The notes below the pieces were generated by a model. That model ran no database searches. It was not told where the DNA came from and was given only the letters and a program-made list of their open reading frames with translations. Shown one piece after another: positions 24,972 through 30,466 of a DNA stretch of 32,000 nt. The position numbers and the translations under genes were made by a program. Within the stretch, counting starts at the first letter, position 1. Every line of letters starts with the position of its first letter. The stretch is taken from positions 2,160,001 to 2,192,000 of the forward strand of contig OY969938.1 of assembly GCA_963704755.1 (NCBI GenBank), in the 5' to 3' direction. The DNA comes from an uncultured Chloroflexia bacterium (GTDB taxonomy: Bacteria > Chloroflexota > Anaerolineae > Anaerolineales > Anaerolineaceae).

Positions 24972-25012
24972 CCCCTTCCCCTGCTCTGGGGGAAGGGGCC
25001 GGGGGATGAGGG
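24972..25012. repeat. G/C hairpin plus GGGGATGAGGG tail
   Basis: ccccttcccc-tgctctg-ggggaagggg followed by ccgggggatgaggg. It has the same architecture as 30258-30303. Confidence 0.85.
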
Positions 25013-25055
25013 CTCTTGGCGATGGTGGGTTACGGGTAGCCAGCGACGAGCTGCT

Positions 25056-25241
25056 GTAGGTTGGGTTGCGGGCTCTACTGCAACATTAATTATTGAACAA
25101 AACATATACACACCCAGGCTTTGCCCGTAACCCAACAACGGCAATACCCAAGCTCAATGTTGGGTTACGGGCAGAGCCTGGAACTTTACACAATCCAACA
25201 AATTACCGGCGTTTTGAATGAGCCCGAAACCCAACCTCTAC
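25056..25241. repeat. Double-stem ~185-nt element, copy C
   Basis: The outer arms are gtaggttgggttgcgggctc (25056-25075) and gagcccgaaacccaacctctac (25220-25241). The inner arms are cccaggctttgcccgtaacccaa (25113-25135) and ttgggttacgggcagagcctgg (25160-25181). The two stems are separated by ~37-nt unpaired segments. Confidence 0.88.
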
Positions 25242-25278
25242 AGGCTTAGCGTTCCGGCGAGCGCAACTTAACGCCTTA

Positions 25279-25322
25279 CCTCCAAATCGGTTTTTGATTT
25301 GGGGGGAAGCAGGGAAGGGGGG
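25279..25322. repeat. ~45-nt dispersed motif, inverted copy of 4298-4341
   Basis: cctccaaatcggtttttgatttggggggaagcagggaagggggg is the reverse complement of 4298-4341 with 2 differences. Confidence 0.88.
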
Positions 25323-25351
25323 CGTAGCGCTTGCCGGCAGGAACACGCGAG

Positions 25352-25435
25352 GATGGTGGGTTACGGGCATAACCCGGTTTACCACGCCGGCCTTTGATTC
25401 ACCGGCGCAATCGATGAGCCCTCCACCCACCCTAC
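25352..25435. repeat. Diverged right half of a double-stem element (GGTGGGT variant)
   Basis: gatggtgggttacgggcataacccgg ... gagccctccacccaccctac. The same gatggtgggttacggg word occurs at 25021-25036. Confidence 0.55.
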
Positions 25436-25437
25436 AA

Positions 25438-25477
25438 GCTAAGCGCTAAAAGCTAATCGCTAAACGTTACCAGCTAA
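25438..25477. repeat. Phase-exact GCTAA heptamer array (TTAGC in the sense of the minus-strand gene) containing that gene's stop codon
   Basis: GCTAA at 25438, 25445, 25452, 25459 and 25473, with a variant GTTAC at 25466. CTA at 25474-25476 is the TAG stop of the minus-strand CDS 25474-27033. Confidence 0.9.
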
Positions 25478-27033
25478 TGGCTTGCCGGCTTCCGGGGCGC
25501 ATCGGGCACATAAATAAACAGATCACCCTGGCGGTAGATCGGTGTGTAATTATCCACAATGGGGATGCTGACGTAATGCACCCAGGCGTTCTCTTCCGGG
25601 GCCAGGATGTCGGTTTTTACGTCGCGGGTGTCGTAATACTGGCCGGTCGCGATGATCAAGGCATAATCATGGTTATAGATATGGTCGTTGAAAGTGTTCA
25701 GGTAGGCGGTCTGGTTAGCCATGATCATTTCCATCAGGATCACCTTGTCGTACGGCAGGTACAGGTTGGCTTGGGCCTCCTTGAATGCCAAAAGGTCGCG
25801 ATAATCCAGGAAAAGGACCGGCTTGCCCGACAGGCCGTAGTTCCGGATGATCGTCTGGACTACCCGGTCGTCGATATGGACCGGCGCGGCAGTGGCCGGC
25901 TTGTTCATGAACCCCACGTAGAACAAGGGGATCAGCACCACAGCCGTTTGCCAGGCCAGCCTGGCCGGGCCGGCAAATATCGGCCCGGCCGGAAGGTCAT
26001 GATCGGGACGAAAGCGCTCCAGGTAAACATAAAAAGTGATCACCAGCAGCAAGAGGAAAAAGCCATCCAGGTTGTGCAGGTTGAAGGTGCCCCCGATGCG
26101 CATGCTGACCAGCAGCCCGCCCGCGCCAAAGGCTGCCAGCGCCAACGCCAAACCCACCAGGCGCAGCCAGACATAGCCGCGCCACTTACGGATTACAAAA
26201 CCGGCCAGGAAAACCAGAAAAGGGGCAGAAAGGAGCAGCAACCCGCCCAGCACCCCCAGTGGATAGAAGTTATTGGGCAGCAGGCGCAGCGGCCAGAAGG
26301 AATAGTTATAGCGCGGGTCCAGGGCCAGCATTGGGTCAGCACTGGCCCGGGAGTATACCAGGTAGCTCCCCAGGGCGGCGATGCTTCCGCCGGCAGCCAG
26401 CCCCAGCGGATGCCGGACGTAACGCATCCTGCTTTGCTCGCCCTGCTCCTGCTCCAGCAAAAACAGGCAAGCCGCCAGGACCCCCGGCAGAGGGAACCAG
26501 TTGATCCGGCAAATTCCCTCCCACAGCGAGGCCAAAATCACCACCAGGTACGTGCGGGACATCTTTTTGCGGTCGAATAAAGCCAGCACCAGGATAGGCC
26601 CCAGGAGCAAATGGTAATAAATCGGGCCGGCTTCGAAGATCAGCACGCTAAAAAGCACCAGCGCCAGCCCTTTTTTCCAGGAAATCGGGCGCAGCCGGCG
26701 GACCAGCGCCACGGCCGTGGCCAATGGCAGCAGCAGGCTGAGAACCTGCACCCAGGCGCGGAACAGGATCAAGGAAGCGTTGGGCAGCAAGAAGACCAGG
26801 CCATCCAGGAGCGCCCGGCCAGGGTCCAGCACCGGCCAGGCCGGTCTGGCGCCATATACTACCGGTGCAAAGATCATCGACGCGTCGAAGATGTGGCTGA
26901 ATTCAGACCAGGCCTCGGGGCTGTCGCTCGAGTTGATCGCCGCCAGGTGGTAGCTGAGAATAAAGACATACCCGGCTGCCAGCGCAAGGGCCAGTAAATA
27001 TTTAAAAAGGGTTTCTTTGGTTATTCGCTTCAT
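25474..27033 (-). CDS. Large multi-pass membrane protein with C-terminal soluble domain (possible GT-C-type glycosyltransferase; function unknown)
   Basis: 519 aa. About 11 hydrophobic helices occupy the first ~390 aa, followed by a ~130-aa soluble tail. The ATG at 27033 is preceded by aggcttcctttt (RBS-like aaggaag on the coding strand). No catalytic motif was recognised. Confidence 0.7.
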   Translation of the reverse strand: MKRITKETLFKYLLALALAAGYVFILSYHLAAINSSDSPEAWSEFSHIFDASMIFAPVVYGARPAWPVLDPGRALLDGLVFLLPNASLILFRAWVQVLSLLLPLATAVALVRRLRPISWKKGLALVLFSVLIFEAGPIYYHLLLGPILVLALFDRKKMSRTYLVVILASLWEGICRINWFPLPGVLAACLFLLEQEQGEQSRMRYVRHPLGLAAGGSIAALGSYLVYSRASADPMLALDPRYNYSFWPLRLLPNNFYPLGVLGGLLLLSAPFLVFLAGFVIRKWRGYVWLRLVGLALALAAFGAGGLLVSMRIGGTFNLHNLDGFFLLLLVITFYVYLERFRPDHDLPAGPIFAGPARLAWQTAVVLIPLFYVGFMNKPATAAPVHIDDRVVQTIIRNYGLSGKPVLFLDYRDLLAFKEAQANLYLPYDKVILMEMIMANQTAYLNTFNDHIYNHDYALIIATGQYYDTRDVKTDILAPEENAWVHYVSIPIVDNYTPIYRQGDLFIYVPDAPRKPASH

Positions 27034-27096
27034 GCAAAAAAGGAAGCCTAATCGAAAATGGCCTGCCCGGCTGACATCCGCCAGGCGGCCGGTGTT

Positions 27097-27777
27097 TCAG
27101 GCCTGGTAAACTTCCTTGAACTCAGTCTGGGCCTGCGGTGCGACCAGGCGCACGTAGGTCTCGATGTCTCCCAGGTGCTGCACCACCGCCTCAGCCGCGA
27201 TACCCGGTGGGGCATACACCGTAAAAAGCACCCGCTGGGTCCCCCCCAGGATGCAGGTGCGCTGGTCCGGCCCGTAGATGATGCTCGAAAGCACCCCAGC
27301 CTGGTCGCTGATATACATGTCGCCCGGCTTCAGGCTCTGCTCCTGCCCGTTGATGAGTATATAGCGCTGGCTGCCGTCCGACACATCCAGGCTGACCCGC
27401 CCATGGAGCTTGTCCAGGTCGTGACCGGCGGTCAGGAGCATATTTTTTAGCTCGGCCATGAACATGGCTTCTACCAGGGCGGCCACATTGGGGATCGATT
27501 TGCCTTTGAACAGGATCGACTCGAGCTGGAGTTGGACGTGATATGTTTTTTTGAACTGCTTGTAGTAGTCCCGATAAGCCCCCAGCGCTGCCAGGGCAGA
27601 TAGCCGCGGGCGATCCCAGTCGCCGTAGCGGGCGCGCAAATCGACCTCCAGGGCAGTTTTTTGGTCATCCAGGGCCGGGTTGGCAGGCGGATTCACCACC
27701 CCCTGCATGGCCAGGAAACCGGCCGCTGCTCCTGGGTAGCCGGCTTTCCAATTGGACGATACGAGCACAGATTCCAC
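27097..27777 (-). CDS. B3/B4 tRNA-binding-domain protein (COG3382-like)
   Basis: GTG start at 27777 with a strong GGAGG RBS (27783-27787 on the + strand as cctcc). IPNVAALVEAMFMAELKNMLLTAGHDLDKL and SSIIYGPDQRT are typical of the PheT B3/B4-like family. Confidence 0.78.
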   Translation of the reverse strand: MESVLVSSNWKAGYPGAAAGFLAMQGVVNPPANPALDDQKTALEVDLRARYGDWDRPRLSALAALGAYRDYYKQFKKTYHVQLQLESILFKGKSIPNVAALVEAMFMAELKNMLLTAGHDLDKLHGRVSLDVSDGSQRYILINGQEQSLKPGDMYISDQAGVLSSIIYGPDQRTCILGGTQRVLFTVYAPPGIAAEAVVQHLGDIETYVRLVAPQAQTEFKEVYQA

Positions 27778-27836
27778 AGTATCCTCCTCACGATTTTATG
27801 TCATTTTGAAACTGCCCAGCCGGATGTGTTCGGATC

Positions 27837-28196
27837 CCGGAATTGAGGTGTTTGCAATGAGAACGCCACCTTAACCCCTCAGTTCGGGAATTCTTTAACT
27901 TGAGCCTGAGTAGTAAAAGTCTTTGGAAAGAATCGATTGAACAGTTGTAACTACTCAGCTACTGCAGAGGATTAGGGTGTTTTTATTATTTTTTGCGCGC
28001 TTCGCGCGCAAAAAATAATAAAAACACCCTCACCTTGCGCACTTGCCTGAGCACTTACGAACAGTTAATCATTATCCATGTTTTTGGATCGGCGACAAGG
28101 GTAAAATAAACATTCTGTTTGTTCGGTATGTACAGAACATACAGAAACAGCTATACTATATTTGCGGTATGGGAACCCGCAAATATCTCAAATTCG
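27837..28196. repeat. Split palindrome: left and right arms of the CCGAATTTGAGRTGTTTGC family separated by ~320 bp
   Basis: The left arm is ccggaattgaggtgtttgc (27837-27855). The right arm is gcaaatatctcaaattcg (28179-28196). The interval contains another long hairpin (27974-28030) and the GbsR-type gene's upstream region. Confidence 0.5.
27974..28030. repeat. Long perfect hairpin (27-bp stem, TTC loop) with GCTTCGC apex
   Basis: agggtgtttttattattttttgcgcgc-ttc-gcgcgcaaaaaataataaaaacaccct. The arms are exact reverse complements. Confidence 0.92.
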
Positions 28197-28223
28197 AAGG
28201 GCTTCCTGCCGGGAGAGGAAAAG

Positions 28224-28685
28224 ATGATCCTGGATGAAGAAAGCGCTTTTGTCGAAAAAGTCGGCCTGTATTTTGAAAAGCTAACCCTGCCGCGCATGGC
28301 CGGGCGCATTTTCGGCTGGCTGCTGATCTCCGAGCAGCCTTTGGTCAGCCTGGGTGAACTGGTTGAGGCCTTGCAGGCCAGCAAAAGCTCGATCAGCAGC
28401 ACGGTGCGCCTGTTGATCCAGATCGACCTGGTCGAACTGGTCAGCCTGCCGGGCGACCGGCGCGACTATTACCGCATCCACCCGGATGCCTGGGCCAATT
28501 CGCTCCAGGAGCGCCTCGACCAGGCCCGTGCCTTCCGCCTGCTGGCCGAGCAAGGCCTGGATTTGCTCGCTTCCGCGCCGCCCCAGCGCCGCGAGCGCCT
28601 GGAGGAGATGCGCAGCCTGTATGGGATGCTCGAACGCGAGATCCCCCGGCTGATGGAATACTGGCAAAAAGAGCGAGGCAAATAA
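28224..28685 (+). CDS. GbsR/MarR-family winged-helix transcriptional regulator
   Basis: ATG at 28224 with RBS gggagagg (28211-28218). GLYFEKLTLPRMAGRIFGWLLISEQPLVSLGELVEALQASKSSISSTVRLL matches the GbsR-type pattern. Confidence 0.8.
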   Translation: MILDEESAFVEKVGLYFEKLTLPRMAGRIFGWLLISEQPLVSLGELVEALQASKSSISSTVRLLIQIDLVELVSLPGDRRDYYRIHPDAWANSLQERLDQARAFRLLAEQGLDLLASAPPQRRERLEEMRSLYGMLEREIPRLMEYWQKERGK

Positions 28686-29452
28686 TGCTATACACTTACG
28701 AAAATGGACCTGAAGATGGCCCGGCCATCGTTTTTCTGCATGCCGGCGGTTTGAGCAGCAAATCCTGGCTGCCGGTGATCGAACGCCTGCCCGAATTCCA
28801 CTGCCTGGCCCCGGACCTGCCCGAGCAGGGCCAGAGCAAAGCCATACCATACAGCATCAACGGCAGCGCGCAGGAAGTAGCCGAGATCATTCGCCAGCGC
28901 CTGCCGGGCCAGAAGGCTCACCTGGTGGCCCTCTCGCTGGGCGGGCCGGTGGCGCTGACCCTGCTGCGCATCACCCCCGAGCTGATCGATCATGTCCTCC
29001 TTTCCGGCAGTTCCGGGCATTTCTCGCGCTGGTTGTCCGAGGTGGGCAAAGCCTCGATCTGGATGTACCGGCTCTACAAGCCGGACTACCTCATTCGCCA
29101 GACGATCCACCAGCACGGCATACCGGAAGAATATGCCGATCTGGTGCGCGATGACATCGCCCAATCGCTCTCGCCCGATTTCATGCGCCGCTACATGACC
29201 GACCTGTCCACCTGGGAACTGCCAGAGCAGATAGAAAGCCCGCTGTTGATTGTAGTCGGCGAGCAGGAAATGAAAGCCGCCCGCTCGATCGCCCGAGGAT
29301 ATCTCAAGCGCTATCCTACCGCCCAGGGCGTGCTCGCCCCCAACGCCAGACATGCCTGGTCCCTGCAATACCCGGACCTCTTCGCCAGCCTGGTCCGTGC
29401 CTGGGTCAGCGATCAGCCTATCCCCGGGGAGTTTATAGCTTTTAGCTGTTAG
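28685..29452 (+). CDS. Alpha/beta-fold hydrolase
   Basis: TAATG overlap with the regulator gene. IVFLHAGG (oxyanion region) and the nucleophile elbow ALSLGG (GxSxG-like), with a late His (ARHAW). Confidence 0.85.
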   Translation: MLYTYENGPEDGPAIVFLHAGGLSSKSWLPVIERLPEFHCLAPDLPEQGQSKAIPYSINGSAQEVAEIIRQRLPGQKAHLVALSLGGPVALTLLRITPELIDHVLLSGSSGHFSRWLSEVGKASIWMYRLYKPDYLIRQTIHQHGIPEEYADLVRDDIAQSLSPDFMRRYMTDLSTWELPEQIESPLLIVVGEQEMKAARSIARGYLKRYPTAQGVLAPNARHAWSLQYPDLFASLVRAWVSDQPIPGEFIAFSC

Positions 29453-29467
29453 CTGTTAGCTGTTAGC
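29436..29467 (+). repeat. Phase-exact TAGC heptamer array (5 units) containing the hydrolase stop codon
   Basis: TAGC at 29436, 29443, 29450 (the TAG stop), 29457 and 29464. The last five codons (IAFSC) are array-encoded. Confidence 0.92.
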
Positions 29468-29724
29468 CCGTAGGTTGGGTTGCGGGCTCTATCGCAACCA
29501 TGGCGATTGGAAAGAATGTATAAAAGCCCAGGCTCCGCCCGTAACCCAACAGCCCGTAGGTTGGGTTGCGGGCTCTATTGCAACCATGGCGATTGGAAAG
29601 AATGTATGAATGCCCAGGCTCTGCCCGTAACCCAACAGCCCATAGGTTGGGTTGCGGGCTCTATTGCAACCAAGGCGATTGGAAAGAATGTATGAATGCC
29701 CAGGCTCCGCCCGTAACCCAACAG
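29467..29724 (+). repeat. Three tandem 86-bp copies of the left half of the double-stem element
   Basis: (g/a)tagg starts at 29470, 29556 and 29642. The unit is gtaggttgggttgcgggctc-N37-gcccaggctc(c/t)gcccgtaacccaacagccc. Confidence 0.92.
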
Positions 29725-29824
29725 GGGTAATACTGAGCGCAATATTGGGTTACGGGCAGAGCCTGGAATGTTACACAATCCAGCAATTTATCGGCGTTCT
29801 GAATGAGCCCGCAACCCAACCTAC
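29642..29824. repeat. Double-stem ~185-nt element, copy A
   Basis: Outer arms 29642-29661 and 29805-29824. Inner arms 29699-29721 and 29745-29766. Apical loop ggggtaatactgagcgcaata. Confidence 0.9.
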
Positions 29825-29830
29825 AGACTG

Positions 29831-29856
29831 TTAGCGATTAGCTTTAGGCGGTTAGC
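29831..29856 (+). repeat. TTAGC heptamer array (4 units)
   Basis: TTAGC at 29831, 29838 and 29852, and TTAGG at 29845. The duplicated copy at 30125-30136 has only 2 units. Confidence 0.85.
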
Positions 29857-29936
29857 TCCTGTTCGTAGCCCGGCTTTCTAAGCCGGGGGGTAGCTGAACC
29901 TACCGGCCGGGAAAACCGCGACGCAGCCCGTAGCCC

Positions 29937-30119
29937 GTAGGTTGGGTTGCGGGCTCTATCGCAACAATGGCGATTGGAAAGAATGTATAAAAGCCCAGGC
30001 TCCGCCCGTAACCCAACAGAGGTAATACTGAGCGCAATATTGGGTTACGGGCAGAGCCTGGAATGTTACGCAATCCAGCAATTTATCGGCGTTCTGAATG
30101 AGCCCGCAACCCAACCTAC
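29937..30119. repeat. Double-stem ~185-nt element, copy B
   Basis: Outer arms 29937-29956 and 30100-30119. Near-identical to copy A. Confidence 0.9.
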
Positions 30120-30257
30120 AGACTGTTAGCGATTAGCTCCTGTTCGTAGCCCGGCTTTCTAAGCCGGGGGGTAGCTGAACCTACCGGCCGGGAAAACCGC
30201 GGCGTAGATTTTAGGGGAGGAATTTGTCTCTTCCCTCCAAATCGGTTTTTGATTTGA

Positions 30258-30303
30258 GCCCCTCTCCCAGAAGCGGGAGAGGGGCTGGGGTGAGGGCGAA
30301 GCG
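30258..30303. repeat. G/C hairpin plus GGGGTGAGGG tail, ending in GCGAAGC
   Basis: gcccctctccc-agaagc-gggagaggggc, then tggggtgaggg, then GCGAAGC at 30296-30302. Confidence 0.88.
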
Positions 30304-30335
30304 CCGGCCAATACGCGAGTTCTTGACAGCCAACC

Positions 30336-30384
30336 GCTAATCGCCAATAGCTAACAGCTACCCGCTAACCGCTATCAGCTATTT
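30336..30384 (+). repeat. Phase-exact GCTAA-type heptamer array (7 units) abutting a promoter
   Basis: GC(T/C)A(A/C/T) units start at 30336, 30343, 30350, 30357, 30364, 30371 and 30378, a spacing of exactly 7 nt. The array ends where the -35 box begins. Confidence 0.9.
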
Positions 30385-30410
30385 GACTTCCGCCCCGCTT
30401 TTTCTATAAT
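30383..30410 (+). promoter_or_regulatory. Near-consensus sigma70-type promoter for the protease-nuclease gene
   Basis: TTGACT (30383-30388), 16-nt spacer, TATAAT (30405-30410). The RBS agggagg (30455-30461) lies 5 nt before the ATG at 30467. Confidence 0.65.
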
Positions 30411-30466
30411 AAACGAAAACAAGCAACGATCCATAACCAGTACTTTTCGCTTATAGGGAGGCAGCC

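Larger units (their letters stand above)
29642..30206 (+). repeat. Tandem duplication of a ~295-bp block (double-stem element plus TTAGC array plus two small hairpins)
   Basis: 29937-30206 repeats 29642-29936 almost base for base, apart from a 14-nt deletion (tttaggcggttagc) and a few substitutions. Confidence 0.92.

Noticed and set aside
24884-25430. Short ORFs (60-86 aa) across the 24780-25473 repeat island
   Set aside because: They translate repeat modules (for example PLPLLWGKGPGDEG from the G/C hairpin). Equivalent pseudo-peptides recur wherever the repeats occur, on both strands.
25477-26580. 367-aa + strand ORF, and the smaller ORFs at 25997-26185, 26259-26524 and 26611-26997
   Set aside because: They lie antisense to or overlap the 519-aa multi-TM protein. 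Their composition is Gln/Arg/Pro/His-rich with no motifs.
28281-29368. Minus-strand ORFs of 189 and 226 aa opposite the GbsR-type and hydrolase genes
   Set aside because: They are shadow ORFs, and the sense-strand genes have RBSs, coupled start and stop codons, and family motifs.
29467-29724. Three evenly spaced 86-bp repeats as a possible CRISPR
   Set aside because: The inter-repeat sequence is itself conserved between units. The units are half-copies of the double-stem element, so this is tandem amplification, not repeat-spacer architecture.
29480-30347. Short ORFs (60-71 aa) with near-identical sequences (MRALSQPWRLERMYKSPGSARNPT...)
   Set aside because: They are generated by the tandem or duplicated double-stem elements. 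They use TTG starts, have no RBS, and overlap in both orientations.
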